Origin: Tubiluchus corallicola
Lineage: Eukaryota; Animalia; Priapulida
Reading direction: 5' to 3'
Length of the DNA: 64,000 nt
Assembly (NCBI GenBank): GCA_030141605.1
Contig: JAQGDQ010000306.1
Span: 62,001 to 126,000 of the forward strand
Part shown: positions 52,201 to 64,000 of the stretch, one piece after another
Position numbering within the stretch: the first letter of the stretch is position 1
Layout: each line of letters begins with the position of its first letter
Made by a program: the position numbers and the translations under genes
Notes under the pieces: generated by a model
Database searches by the model: none
Told to the model about the DNA's origin: nothing
The model's input: the letters and a program-made list of their open reading frames with translations, nothing else

Positions 52201-52894
52201 TGCTGGCGTGGTAGGGTGTGTGTTAAGTTGGTGGAGTGGTTTGGGTGATGTGGTGGGTGTGGTTTAGTGTGGTCTAAGTGGTGTGGTGTGGGTGGTGTTG
52301 GTGTAGTGTGGTGGGTGTGGTGTGGTGAGTGTGGTGTGCTATTGCATGGGTGGTGTTCATTTGTGTCATTTATGCGCAAAATTCTTTTTGCGGGTTTGGC
52401 TAGTATTAATTATTGTGGCCTTGTCCAGTTCAAATTTGGAGTCATTGAACTTGAAAATATTGACAAATGTTAAAAAAATCACAGTCTTCTGACTTTTGTC
52501 TGGTTTTCATGATTTTAAAAAGCCTTTGGCAGAGTGTGATGACTTTTGCTTGTGTTGCAACGTGGGATAAAATAGTAACATGTGTTCACTCAGAAAAAAT
52601 AATAGAATTCGAAACTAATTAAAGGTCTGGATAAGATAATCCTGTAAAATTCTAATTTCGCCATGCCTTTTTGCAACAACTTTATGCGTAGCAATTTAAT
52701 AAAATTATTTTTCACTAACACTAACTTCATACTAGGTTTGTGAGGAATGGATCGAGTCGAATTTGCGGGACAGCTTACGCTCTGCTGTGTCATTTTGTGA
52801 TAACTTTGAGAATCGTTATAGTCTGATATACTCTAGTCTGCAGCTTGGTTCCAGTTGGGCGGATGTAGCAGCACGATTACTTGATTTCAACTAA
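11928..52894 (+). CDS. PARP4: Vault poly(ADP-ribose) polymerase (PARP4/VPARP/ARTD4-like), complete multi-exon gene
   Basis: GT-AG exons joined by hand in consistent phase: 11928-12056, 13316-13514, 14289-14416, 15359-15496, 20977-21141, 22109-22246, 22615-22785, 23426-23586, 24048-24185, 24634-24732, 24982-25165, 25274-25427, 25939-26081, 26648-26866, 28635-28799, 28894-29010, 29788-29922, 30517-30700, 30796-31060, 31350-31620, 32076-32156, 32277-32357, 32830-32931, 33420-33498/33513, 35464/35488-35572, 36551-36694, 37684-38732, (41012-41056?), (42041-42103?), 43965-44078, 45882/45921-46096, 47685-47784, 47982-48190, 52736-52894 (TAA). The domain order BRCT, PARP catalytic, VIT, VWA, low complexity, then LQKNDGSW...LQLGSSW is diagnostic of PARP4. 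Confidence 0.93.
13982..14164 (+). repeat. Intragenic duplicate of the PARP4 intron 3/exon 4 junction (source 15223-15400)
   Basis: cgtttcgccaagttaaaatatcc...ttatactttcagaaatatga.aaatacaag.gtgatacacagtatctaagtttg is present at both sites. Confidence 0.9.
16620..20143 (+). mobile_element. Near-full-length decayed non-LTR retrotransposon (CR1/L2-group ORF2: APE endonuclease, RT, C-terminal CCHC) in PARP4 intron 4
   Basis: Fragmented ORFs: LLSGNIHPNPGP, QVNIRSL, DFICLTETWL, AGDF, KAVGPDSI, NYRPISLLS, VFLDISKAFDKVWH, GVSQGSILG, RLFADDT, CTCG..ETVQHYFLVCPQY. Many stops and frameshifts; AATAAA and A-rich tail at about 20115-20143. The 5' boundary is approximate. Confidence 0.9.
23426..25427 (+). 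CDS. PARP4: PARP4 exons 8-12: ADP-ribosyltransferase catalytic domain
   Basis: KRLLFHAS (His; exon 24048-24185), RTDIGNLGFGIYFADASSTSLKY (Tyr; exons 24634-24732 and 24982-25165), HDVALG, YDSCLG, EDEYAIYSTSQQKMRYLVEF (Glu; exon 25274-25427). Confidence 0.93.
25939..28799 (+). CDS. PARP4: PARP4 exons 13-15: VIT (vault protein inter-alpha-trypsin) domain
   Basis: IPLCAVHIRAKLIDLASQ|VVVFQEYKNDSKYPIEAKFVFPLVELAAVVGFEAFINDKHIVGEVQEKEKAHKEYREAVAEGHGAYLFDQETP|DVFTVSIGNLPPK. Confidence 0.93.
27000..28360 (-). mobile_element. Decayed LINE reverse transcriptase and 3' fragment in PARP4 intron 14
   Basis: ORF 27975-28277 contains STIHTL...VFLLDLRKAVEHTGHNILL, a decayed RT motif. The 3' part (about 27275-27820) is visibly homologous to about 33762-34280. 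Confidence 0.75.
30517..31620 (+). CDS. PARP4: PARP4 exons 18-20: von Willebrand factor A domain
   Basis: EILFLLDMSNSMKG (DxSxS MIDAS motif), FNVVKFG, NVFLITDG, RLFVLGVG, LAHVGRGWYEYF. Confidence 0.93.
33640..34285 (-). mobile_element. Second, 5'-truncated copy of the same LINE family
   Basis: Shared blocks with the 27.3-27.8 kb copy: ttatgtttggaaattaaataaa, tctataagtatgggcatctg, gagattttggaagagagatg, aaattgtttactgg, tgttccatgttaa. Confidence 0.75.
36551..36694 (+). CDS. PARP4: PARP4 symmetric (phase 2-2) exon encoding a YSPTSPS heptad and an RS-rich tract
   Basis: Acceptor ...tattttctaactcag, donor gtgagt, 144 nt and stop-free: CEEVSSDYSPTSPSFAYASPASRSTSRSRSLRRSGSRDKAMDFIEISL. Phase matches the flanking exons ending 35572 and starting 37684. 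Confidence 0.75.
37195..37235 (+). repeat. (AT)n microsatellite
   Basis: Seen directly. Confidence 0.97.
37684..38732 (+). CDS. PARP4: PARP4 large low-complexity exon with two ribosomal P-stalk-like motifs and Pro-rich repeats
   Basis: Lies within the 387-aa ORF 37613-38776; acceptor ttttttgtatcag (NAGNAG), donor gtaatt. Contains SDEDMGFDLFN (37739-37771) and EESSDDDDMGFGLFD (37922-37966). Confidence 0.85.
39952..40116. mobile_element. MITE-like hairpin within hAT-like remnants
   Basis: Arms gcccagttgtcttcttggtcatagtaagtagatcattttgacctggtta and taaccaagtcaaaatgatctacctgctatgaccaagaagacgactgggc are near-perfect reverse complements. caggggtg hAT-like ends occur at about 39456 and 39910. Confidence 0.65.
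44630..44815. mobile_element. Truncated end of the same Tigger family
   Basis: gctgcttaatagacttactttgggaccgaagtgttttgacccaattaacc...taatgcctaaattcctttgtacagttaaa matches 48450-48498 joined to 49594-49735. Confidence 0.75.
45921..52894 (+). CDS. PARP4: PARP4 final exons: C-terminal major-vault-protein-interacting region
   Basis: LPQLLALQKN|DGSWEFSQKLDQLI...EAGAFSLG|...; last exon VCEEWIESNLRDSLRSAVSFCDNFENRYSLIYSSLQLGSSWADVAARLLDFN* matches the PARP4 L.LG..W C-terminal pattern. Confidence 0.82.
46433..46910 (+). repeat. Tandem duplication of about 250 bp (2 copies) in a PARP4 intron
   Basis: caatgtctaaaatcc...tatctcattttctatttatacc occurs at about 46433-46654 and 46682-46910 with few differences. 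Confidence 0.92.
48445..51322 (-). mobile_element. Tigger/pogo (Tc1-mariner superfamily) DNA transposon with decayed transposase, in the last PARP4 intron
   Basis: TA-flanked imperfect TIRs: cagtaggcgccgcttaataaactcac and gtgagtctattaagtggtgactatgg. Minus-strand fragments DLTVKEKLKI, YSPDNIYNADET and AWMTAVLFNEWL..WD..LKRNIILLVDSCTAH (DDE_1 type) at about 49870-50790. Confidence 0.85.
48499..49593. mobile_element. Non-autonomous TIR element nested inside the Tigger end
   Basis: Ends gacatcaaacatattg and cattatgttagacgtc are inverted and are flanked by agtt/aatt. The uninterrupted site gacccaattaacc is present in the related Tigger end at about 44670. Confidence 0.65.
52045..52355 (+). repeat. 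GT-rich low-complexity tract (tgtgg/tgg units)
   Basis: Seen directly; explains the His/Thr/Pro-rich ORF 52035-52379. Confidence 0.9.
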
Positions 52895-55800
52895 AAATGT
52901 TATTTTTCGTTTATTTTAACGTTCTGATTTGTAACATAACCTCTTCAAATAATTGTTTTGGGTATTAGTGTAATAGAATAATTACACAGTTGAGCTCGTA
53001 TTAATCATCACAGGAATGAAGTAAACTCTTTTATATGAATAGAGCTAGGGATAGTTATTCTTTTACTTCCACTGCATTATATTATACATTGATAAACTGA
53101 AATTTACATTAGTTGCACTTGCATTCTAATCAGAGCATTTTGTTAGTATATGTTAGAACATATAATCTGGTGTCTGTTTCCTATTTGGGTGTGCTCAGCT
53201 GAAGCAGAGGTACCTCCTGATCATATATACGGCCAAATACGGGGATATTGCACCGGACATGTAATTCTGTTTGATTGGCTAGTGCGAAATTGAACCATGT
53301 ACGTCATCATTATGGGTGCATAATAAATGAATGGCAGTTATTATTCTTGGTTGGTCGTTTTCGCTACACAGTACTTTGTATATGGGTACATCTTTTGTGG
53401 CATGTTAAAACTTAGCACAGTTTTACAGTACCTATTTCATCTTGTTACTACATATTTAAGAGTTTTTAAGTAGTACAGAAATATGACTAACAATCTTGCA
53501 ACTAATCAAACTGTATTTCATATGAGGACAGTAAATTAACTGTATAAGTATTCATTTATAATCATAATTATTCTGAAGTTGTTGATGTTGATGGAAAAAA
53601 TTCTAAGCATGAAAAAATGTGAAAAAAATCAGCCCTAAGCCTGAACGATTCTTGGTTCAGTTCAACTTTCAGTCCTGAACCAACTTTTTCACATTTTGGT
53701 TAGGTTGAGGTTCAATAATGATGCTAATTGTGGGTTTATTATAATTATCGTCAGATTATATAATATGTTAGCCGGACAAGGTATTTGTAGGCTGATGTAA
53801 TAATGATTTCGTGCCACTTGAGTTATCAATTTTACCACAGTTTTGAGTATTCTTGATTTTAAACGTGAGGTTATTGTGTGGCCTGGATTATAAAGCTTTT
53901 TTGAGTATTTTTCTTTCTAAACTAAAGCTGTTGTGTGATAGCCAGAATTGTGAAAGTGTATGCTATATAAATGGTATACATTTGCTTGTAATGAAGTTTG
54001 TTTGCAGTGTAATTCTTTTTCAATATGTGTTGGACAATTTAGAAGTCGGTCATAGACTTCCACAGATGATCATTTCTTGAAGAAATCCTGCCTGAAATAC
54101 AAGTTATTCTTATTCACCGATATTCAGAGCTGCATAGCAAATCAGCTGAAAAAGTTTCTTCCAACATAGCGTCTTGAACAGAATATTTCTTTAGGATAAA
54201 TTGTTTTGCATAAAAAAGAATTAGAATCAATTCTTGGTTCTTCAAAATATTTAAAGCATGTGTCGAGAAACGAATGAAACCAATGCGACTTCGTGTGAAT
54301 AATGTCAGTTTATCTCATTTTTAAACTAAAATCACTTGGTCAGAAAAATCTTTTCCAATTATGCCTTCAACTAGTTGTACAAATTGTACAAGATCGGCAT
54401 TCTACTCAAAAATGGCACATTGACAGAAAGAATTGTCTTGAGCAATGACAATCAAAGTAACCAAAAGTGATTTTAAAAAGTATTTTAAAAATACTACAAA
54501 GTAGTCTGATCATTGTGTACTATTAATGTGATAACCCTTTCATTTAATGAGAGATTATATTGATAAAATGACTATAACATGGTTGCTTGATAGTAACATT
54601 AATGCATATTATTAACTTCGAAATAAAGTTTGAACATGTGCTCCAGGCATCCTTGAAGTTGAAAAGACAGTTTTTTTATCCAAAGCAATCTGACACAAAT
54701 TATTTTCTATCACTTGTCATCCGTCTGCAGTATAATTATTTAGTTGTTCATGAAATGGACCTGTAGCTACCCCTGTTCACAGAAAACAAATTTTTTTCTC
54801 AACTTTTTAAACCTAGATAAAGAAGACACTTAGTAGGAATGTCTCAAGGTCGCACTTATGTTTGGCTGTTAATATATGACGTCCATTTGAACTTCAGATG
54901 TATCCAAATGTTGGATACTACACAACAATTAATTTGCTATTGCTGTTATTAAATAGAGCCAAAAAAATGCAAACAACACTAGTTGCATAAATTGCTTGGT
55001 GCTTAACTCTTTTACCCAGTAAAACATTAGAAAACAGTTATATGGAAAATTTCATGCATTTATTGTCAGCCAGTTATTACCCACGCACACATATATATAT
55101 AATATATATTATACTCTGTGATATAAATGTGCTGTTCTGTACATTATTATATTTATGTACAAAATCACCAACATGATTAGGGTAGACAAAACTTATTTTT
55201 TATAGAAATTCATTATGACTAATAAACATTAGATATGGTTGATTTAGTGTACTTTAAATTTCAATTTGCAAATTACACACCACAGCACCATGTGGCTGAA
55301 CATTAGTATCTAAGCCTGCCCAAAAAGATAGCAAAAACACTATTACATTATAGTATCCCAATAGTCCAAATCCGTTTTTCACAATAGAAAAAGTAAAAAT
55401 ACTTCTTGTCACATAACTACTAACAAAGCAACAACCCAATAGAACAATACTGATGATAGGTAATGTTACTGATATGACGTATAAAAAAATTCAGAAAAAC
55501 ATATATTATATACTATGTACATAATTTTACAACTTTTAACAGGTGCTACACAACCTATTATGCATTAAGTGCTGTCTTTCTCGTGCACAATTTAATAGCA
55601 AGCAGAAAAATTCACAACAGTAGTAAAATAATAACAGAAACTACAAAAATAATAGATGGGTTACAAATTATAACAGATTAGCTACAGCTTTTAAACAAAT
55701 AAGACTACGAATGTTGTTCTTAAACCATACAACTTTTGCAAAAACTTAATTTAAACAAATCGTAATAATTCTATTTTTAATCACACCACCGGACATAATA

Positions 55801-56708
55801 CGATCAGAATCAACATAGGAAACAATATTTTCTGTACAACAGCAGTAGTAATAATACTTTAGTATAACAATATACGTATGTCAAATATTTTATATTGAAA
55901 ATGCTCGACTCCTTAAAAAACCACTAAATGGTTGACAGGCATTATTGTTGAAATACGGCCACAATCACAAATTCTGAGAGTTTACTTAAACTACCTTGGT
56001 GTAATATTTGTGAAGCTACTTAATACATTATGCAAACTAGCACAAAAAGTCATGAAGATAAGATCCGACAATTTTTTTATCTGATCTGACCATGGCGTGA
56101 TGTTACAGCTGAAGTGGGTGACAGTTGACCAATAACTAACGTTAATCACTTGGATTCCAGTCCAATAAAAAATCGTAAATGCTTCAAAATTATGCGCAGC
56201 AAACAAACATGCATTACAATCTCAAAATGGAACTTTTTTCCAGAATCATGACACGAGTCAGTTAGAAAAAAACAGCGCATCATTAATAAATGGTTATTGA
56301 CACATGGTTTGGGCTAGCAAGGACCATTAAACAGTACCTGCATGATTAAATGGATTGGCTTTGCTAACAAAAGTAACCACAAAGGAAGTTATAAGAACGT
56401 GCTGTATTTGTCAATTTTTTGACAAACTCCTCTACTAATCGACTACTTACATCGTCTATATCAATGCCACAGATTGTAAATACAAAGTAACACTGTAAAG
56501 TACTGTACTCAAAAGTACCCATATTTGACACATAATTAGCACATTTTATTTAGGTGTATTTTGGCACCTTACCTTAAATAAAGACAAGCAATTAATTGGT
56601 ACAGCAATTTGTATTGAAAATCGATAACGTGAGCATAACTGAAAAGCAATAGGTAAATGTCGACTAGATGAGAATGTGTACTGTATAAGTAGAAAAAATG
56701 TTGTCCTG

Positions 56709-59700
56709 CTAACGCTCATTGTCATCCCAATCACTATCATCACACTCTGTCTCTGTATCACTAGAGTCTGAGTACTCCACTGCAATCCGTCTAGCTAAAA
56801 TTGAAGCCACATCTGCTAAACCAGTATTCTTCTCTGCTTCCTTCTGTTTTTTGTCTTCAGTCTTCTTTAACTGTATACCTACAATGTAAATGTTATGCAA
56901 TATAACTGCCTTTACAATATTACATTTCAATTAAGATTTATAGTATCCATCTAACTGCAAAGCTAGATCTTAAATCACAAGAAAAATAACTATCATTTGC
57001 AAAAGTAAAGCAATGATACACAATTCATAACTATTTCTACGGCTACTTCTAACAATTTACCAAGTATTAACATGTTGTAACAAAAACCTACAACAACTTA
57101 AATTTCAAATAAGTTTCCAATTTAGGTTTCATGAGTAGCTATGAGTCTTCTATTCTACTTATTTTTCATACATTTCGGGATCAGCAAGCATTCCGTGGCA
57201 GTAGTGATTGCAGATGGCCAGGACCATTCAAGCTTAATAGTGCTGGGAGACCGCACATAACTCATTATTAAGCAACTATAAAACTGGTTCACCCATCGGT
57301 TCATGGGCCAACTTCAATGTGATTTTTAACTTTGGTTACCAACAGCATAAATGCAAATGAAATCACTGAAACGGATACGTCTGCTAACAATTAAATCAGT
57401 CAGCTACATACAAATGGATAATAAAACTTAGCATCTGGCAGCCTGCCAAGAAAAAAAAGTGAGTTTAACAGTGGATTTGCATTAGCAACATTCTAAATCA
57501 AACTGTAGATTTCATTTTGCAACAATGCAGTACATAAATTGCTGACGGTGACCTTATGTAAGCTTCACAACCTTTAAACTTATACTAACAGACATTGCGT
57601 TTCTCCTGTGTTTTAATTTAATATCACTGTTTTTTTATCCACTGCTTCTGTGCCAAAATTTGGTAATGCTATTTCGTACATTTTCTCAGCTAATACATAC
57701 AATCTATTTATAACGACATTTAGAAAAAGTGAAGCATGCTGTGTAAAATTTAAAAACACAAAGTTCTCAAAAGCAATCTCTGAAGTGCCGGTAATTGTAA
57801 AAATTATTAAAATTAATTTAAGTGTCCTTTTAATTTGCTGACTATGACTAAACTGGATAAAAAGAAAAACAGCCTTACCAAGTCTTATTGCTTGCAACAA
57901 GTCACTACGTGCTGTTGATATCGGCTCCTGTGATTTAGCTGCACCATGTGACCTGGGAGGCTCAGGTGCTTTCCCAGTCTCCTCTGCAGGAGGTGGTGGT
58001 GGAGGAGGCAGGTCTGGGGAAGAAGTAAGGTTTGCTTCCTTACCTGCTCCAGTATTATTTGGGGGTGGTGGAGGAGGCGGTGGTGGGGGTGGTGGAGCCG
58101 AGTGGTAAGGTGGCATAGGCGAATCAGCAGCAATAGGAGGTGGCGGGGTTGGACAGCGATTAACATCGTCCGGTGTGTCAGGTGGAGGTGGCGGAGGAAG
58201 TGGTAAATCACTTGTGGTGCTTTCAGGGGTTGGTGTTTCTCTACATATGTAATTCATTTGCTGCTGTGATATAGAAGGTGGAGAAACAATGGAGCCCATG
58301 TAACCCATCTGAGCTGGAAGACCACCATTTTGGAGAGCAGGGGGTGGTGGAGGAGGCGGTGGAAGATGCTCTCTACTCATACTTTGCGTATTACGCATAC
58401 CTGAAATTTAACAGAAAATTCAGTATTAGTAATCTTGTTATTAAAATACTTTCAAAAGGCAAAAAATAACAAACCAGTTTACGTGAGTAGTTATTGAACT
58501 CAAAGTGTAAAGGAAAAACTGAAGAGTAGAGGCAAACTAAAGGAAGATCCACATTATCTAAATGGTCATAAACTCACAATAAATAAAAAATATACACTTC
58601 AAAAACCATTGTCAGCCATCCATTATAATCACTCAAAATGAAGCTATGAGCTTACAGCCATTATTCAACCTTCAAATGAATGTTGTCTGTTACTGCTATC
58701 TTTTTTAAATGTCTGGAGAAGCAACTAGCTATTTAAGCCTACCGGTTGGTGTGCTGCTTGAACTGCTGTCGGCTGAATCAGGTGGAGCAGGTGGTGGCGC
58801 TGATGGGCGATTACTGAGAGTCTGAACAGATGCTCTCCCTCGGTTTGACATGTGATGCTGATTTACATAGGCTTGATCATTTTCCGTGTATGGAGGAGGA
58901 TTAGCAGGCTGATATGGTGGCGGTGCAAGTGCAGGATCATGAGTGTGATCAATCCTGCTGCAACACAAGAAATCTATGTTACAAGATATTCAGCAACCAT
59001 TGTAGCAAAACTTGAAACCAAGACAGTTACATGTTACTTGCACATGACATAAAGTTCAATGAAGAAGCAAAGAACTTTTCAATGTTCTACTGAAACATAA
59101 AAAACAACAAACAAAATGAACTACACTCATACAATGTTTAACAGCACGTAACTTTGTAACAGCATGATCAATGTAAAGAGAATATATCTCCACACATAAA
59201 AACAACACACTTCTAAAAGACACCGCCTGCATGCGAAGGTCGGTAGTGCAAAATGCGCCCACAAAATTATGGGGTGATTGAGCATGCACTCTCACCTATT
59301 GTACTGAGCATATTGATTATGCTGCAATTCCAGACTATTTGGCCTCTGTTTATGAGGATCGTATGCAGGCGGCGCTTGCGTAGGACTGACAACCACATTG
59401 CTAGAAGCATACTTAGCATTAATGAATTCCGTGCCCATAACTTTCTCCCGATACTTTTCTTTCGTATTTGTAGGTTGTCGTGGTCTTGCACGCCCTCCAT
59501 GTCTCGTGCCAGCAGGCTTGGGTTGCTGAAAAACATGCATCAACAAAGCGTCTCAATACAGGTTAGAGAGTTCACATCAGCAATAAAAGTTTTTAATCAA
59601 AGAACCTGGTTAACTTTTATTATGTGTGTGTGTGGTGTGATAATTCAAACACTGACTATGGAAGACAGGTAATGGTGAGCATCCCAAAGTATGTTTACAA

Positions 59701-61742
59701 ATTATTTTCAATTGAATTTTAGTTAAATCAACATAATTTAACCACGATAGTAACCTAATACAGTTGATAAAAGCAGTACTAACCCTCTTTCCTTGCTTCA
59801 CTTTGTCTGTATCTTTTAACATTTCTAATCTCCATAATTCAAAAAAGTAAGTAGGATCAGTATAAAACTTCAGTCCATCTTTATTGTCATCTCTGCAACA
59901 TACAAATATAAAAAGAGAGGGATTACAACTGGAAAAGAAACTGCGAAAATTGTCCGCTAAACAAATTTCTTCGTAATGACGAAAGTAGCAAAAAAAACCC
60001 TTGTATGTTAAGATACTAAAAACAACAACAAAAAAACAAACAATACTCCTTGCAAAGTTTTGGTAATGTAAAACATGATTAACTGTTTAAAAAAGTAAGA
60101 GGGTGAAAAAATGAATTAAGATGTACAATGTCAGTAAACAGTATACTATAAATGTTATTAGGACCTCACTTAAAAAATTTAATTTTAACATTAATGAAAC
60201 TAACTACACACCTGTAAGGATTTAGTTTATTAAGTGGTGGAGGTGTATCACATGTATGGTATGTTTCCTGCATTGGTGTTGGTATAGTTGATCTAGTAAC
60301 GACTTGCTGGTCCATTATCACAGATGACTTGAATGCCTTCCTCATGTTAATGTCTTGCAAAGAGACTAGAAAATAAAAATATCAAAGTGTATGCTAGTGT
60401 GCAAAACACAACATGCATACGTATGTTCACAATCTCTATCACTTATGCTCAGGTCTGCAAAGCAGAAATTTACAAGTAACATTGGGATCATTATTGGGTC
60501 ACTCCTTACATTGGTGACTCTGTTAAAAGTGAAATATGACATTAAAAGAATGAACAACCAAGTTTCCACTGACTCTATAGCCTTTTAGAATTATTGTAAT
60601 ATAAAAGGGAAATATAGGTACACTGGTTGTATAAATATGAAACCATACATACCATACCAATTAGGGATGATGCTACTTTTTAACAGAGGTTACAATTCAA
60701 GGCTTAACTCAAGATTTTGCAAGTTATGCCTACCACACCTATTATTCCTCTGATTAGTCACTTGTTAGAAACTCAAATTACATCTCAGTTTTTCAGAGAA
60801 GTTTTTAATAGACAAGCTTCATAAGGCTCACTAAAACATTGCTATATAAAAATCGTGTGTTTTCTGTTTAACACAACAGAAAGCAATAACATTCTATTTT
60901 AAATTTATTAATTGTTTTCGGATTTCAGTGATACGTATCTCTCACATGTTAATCTTCTTTGATGCCCATATAATTACTCTATATACTTCGTAATTTTTAA
61001 AAGATTTATCACTGAGGCAAAAATCAATAGTGAGAAACTTGGACAATAAAAATACCTTCTTCTACATTGGAATCCAATTGTGTAACTTTGATTCCAAGTC
61101 TTTCTATTCTGCCCTGTAGTGAGACCGTTCGAATGCATAAATGACTTGCTTCAGCATAAAGTTCCTCGAACATGTCTTCGGCATGCTTGCTAAGACAGCT
61201 TAGCTGTCGAATCACACCTAGAACATTTTAGTTACACGTAACTTGTTAATCATGAAAATGACACGTAATTTGTTAATCACGAAAATATTTTAATAAATCT
61301 ACTTATAGATGTCACAGAAGAATTTAAAATCTTGTACTCAACTTGCAAAATATTTAGCAAATCTATTCTGAATCAAAACTAGACACCTCTAAACTGGAAT
61401 TTTCAATAAGTAGCAACTTTGGACTGTCCAGATTTGGCTTCAACTCAGTCTGGTAGTACCAGTTATTGCAGATGCCCACCAAAAAAATTAATGCTTTAAA
61501 TCATTTAGGCGTTTCACAGAAAAATGGTCTGAAAGGCACAAAAATTTTTTTGCGAAGAACTGCATTGAACAAAATGCCAAGTTAAAATGTTCTTTTAAAA
61601 AGCTCAAGAATAAAAGTCGAATTATAAGTTGCTTACCAGCAAGTGAATTATTTGTCACACATTCCAACTCCTGCTTCACCTCAGGAGGGATGCGTCCTCT
61701 GCTGACATCTGTTGGTTCTACTAGACGTTTAACTAACGGCAT
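56709..61742 (-). CDS. WASF: WAVE/SCAR (WASF-family) actin nucleation-promoting factor, complete CDS, 554 aa
   Basis: Exons (minus strand): 61742-61637, 61217-61056, 60365-60212, 59892-59784, 59525-59296, 58954-58743, 58400-57879, 56878-56709. All are GT-AG, in phase, and total 1665 nt. WHD: MPLVKR...[31 protein letters not shown]...KVTQLDS...[16 protein letters not shown]. Then a polyproline region, WH2 [18 protein letters not shown] region [17 protein letters not shown] and acidic tail DDSDWDD. Confidence 0.95.
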
Positions 61743-62520
61743 TATTTATCACAACCTGCAACTCCAAAAATATCCTGTATTTACACCAATGTTGCTTACG
61801 AAATTTAATTTACACAAATTTGTTGTACTCTATTCCATGGAAAGATATAACGTGTAGTCGCCTACATAATATTAAAGCCAACTTAACTGACTAATTTGTT
61901 GTTCAAGTTCATATAAGGAAATGTAAGTGTCGTTCATTAACATCTTACCCTGACATCTTACACTGGATTACTAATATTTTTTCAATTCACTTCTCTTACA
62001 AGTAGAAGCCGCTATTATTTTCCTTAAATCATTAGAAGGCATTAAACATATACAAAAAAAACACCAAATTAGAAAATAGAAATTCGGCTGCCAGTGATGA
62101 TAGTATTTTAACAAACAATGCTAAGGTTTTAACATATTAGACAATTGATTATTATTATAACACAGACAAAACATTATGACTTATACTAAAGTAACTTAAG
62201 TCATCAAAATCACTCTTCAAAGACAACATTTTTCTAACAAACAAAATTGGACATATACACTATATTATTTTATATATACTACTTCCAACAATAGTAATAA
62301 ATAATAAAAATAAAATATTGATTACAAAATGCGCCTGCAAGTAATGCACTTTTAATAGCATTGGACAATAGCTGTCACAATTATAATTACCTGCAAACAA
62401 GTATGAAACTAAAATTACTAAAGGTGTTTCAACAATACATACAATTTAAACAAAGAAATTGCAATAAAAACTAGGAAAGGCAATGTCATTGAAGAATGAC
62501 TCAAGTACAAGTTGAAAGTG

Positions 62521-62522
<2 letters not shown>

Positions 62523-62570
<48 letters not shown>
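62523..62570 (+). repeat. (AT)n microsatellite
   Basis: Seen directly. Confidence 0.98.
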
Positions 62571-62573
<3 letters not shown>

Positions 62574-64000
62574 AAAGTACTAAAACAGCAACACACAGTC
62601 ATAAACCACCTGTATATCAAAATGAGTTACTATCATAAATCATTCATCTCATACAAGAATTAAAGTTCCATGTAAAGAAACCAATGATTAAATAACTAAG
62701 TTATTATACATTTTTCAACATAATGCCAATATTAACATGAACTTACATGCATAGCTAGTACATACTATGTATAAAACTAAAATATTACAGGTTATCAAGC
62801 TATCACAAATAGAACAGCTTAGGATCCCAAAATGTCAGACACTGCAGTTTTCTTCAAATTAAAGACAAACCAAACACAGAGAAGGAATTCTCACACAGTG
62901 TGGTGCAAAACCAACACAGACTTTAATGCCACTAGCAGTAGAAACGGCAGTCTAAATGAGAACACATGTGAGCAATGGCACAACTGGCAAAGCTCAAACT
63001 GTTCACATGTGACCTCTGTGTTTGGGTTATGGGTTTATCTTCTCTTCATTTCTATATGTGGACTGCGGATATTAAAGCAAAATGCCAAATGGCTGACAGA
63101 CTTCCTTAACTACATGTATTATATATGTCCCACTAGTGTCTCCATTATCAAGAGTGCAAATTCCTGTAAAGACTTTTCAACCTTCTAATGAGAAGTGCAA
63201 GAAAAATTTACATTAAATCTCTGTCCTTATTTAAATTCAGTTTGTACTTGACAATTTTTGTAAGCATATACATACACGTGAATATTGTATAATGGCTCTC
63301 AATGGCATGTATATTCAAATGGACAAACATGTAAACAGTTATGCTTTTTTCACCTAGATTTATACATGTTTTCTTCTAAGATGTATTTTTAGTTACCAAT
63401 TTTAGGTACATATGGCAATAAACAAGACGAATGCATACTTTTGGCATCTCTATTCTAAAAACCACAGCGTGAGAAATACAAAAGAATCAACTCAGAATTT
63501 AAACAGAAGTTACTGTGTACAACTGCTCAATCTAATTAGAATCATATCTACGACTACAATTAACATGATATACCATAAAATGAAAAGAAATGGAAGACAA
63601 ACAAAAATAATGTAATATGCTTGTGTGACTGAAAACTTTTTAGACAGATCGGAAACCACTTAGGCAGCAAGTAGCGGACCGAAGCACAAAACACTTTCGA
63701 TCTTTTTTTGTCAATTCACTAATATTGAATAATGGAAAAAACAAGCATTTCAAGATAAGATGTGCAAATGGATTATAAGAGGCGTTACCACATTCTCAAT
63801 AAATATTTAAATTCTATCATGTTTAGCGTTTCTTTCATTTTTTTCTAATTTTATTATCTTTCAAAATTGATAATATTTACTCTTTTTTCAGCAGGTGGTC
63901 GTGAAAACACACTCTTGTTTTGAAATATCAGTCTTTCCTGCACTACACCATTGTGTCATTGATTTATGGTTCAAAAATGCACCACCATTAGAATATTTCA

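Noticed and set aside
52035-52473. His/Thr/Pro-rich and Val/Gly/Trp-rich ORFs
   Set aside because: These are artefacts of a GT-rich low-complexity tract inside the last PARP4 intron.
62832-63615. ORFs upstream of WAVE
   Set aside because: No recognisable motifs or coherent splice structure; probably a WAVE 5' UTR intron or upstream DNA.

Overview
AT-rich invertebrate animal genomic DNA with spliced genes. The window is dominated by a complete vault PARP gene (PARP4-like, about 33 exons, + strand, 11928-52894, roughly 1,900-1,950 aa). Its domain order is BRCT, WGR-like, helical, ADP-ribosyltransferase with H-Y-E, VIT, VWA, a low-complexity region and an MVP-interacting C-terminus. It lies head-to-head with the first exon of an N-myristoylation-motif globin (- strand, 10194-10360) and tail-to-tail with a complete WAVE/SCAR (WASF) gene (- strand, 56709-61742, 8 coding exons, 554 aa). 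A decayed annexin-like pseudogene sits on the + strand at about 1.9-6.0 kb. Introns hold a near-full-length decayed LINE with a 2A-like peptide, two antisense LINE fragments, a Tigger/pogo element with a nested insertion, and other repeats. The most notable observation is in the low-complexity region of PARP4, after the VWA domain. It encodes in-frame, internal copies of short motifs from core cellular machines: two ribosomal P-stalk C-terminal motifs (SDEDMGFDLFN and EESSDDDDMGFGLFD), an exact RNA Pol II CTD heptad (YSPTSPS) followed by an RS-rich tract, and FG-like and polyproline tracts, partly on symmetric exons. One hypothesis is an ADP-ribosyltransferase carrying integrated decoy or docking modules; this is inference. 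All exon calls were read manually, and the small exons between 33.4 and 46 kb are the least certain.
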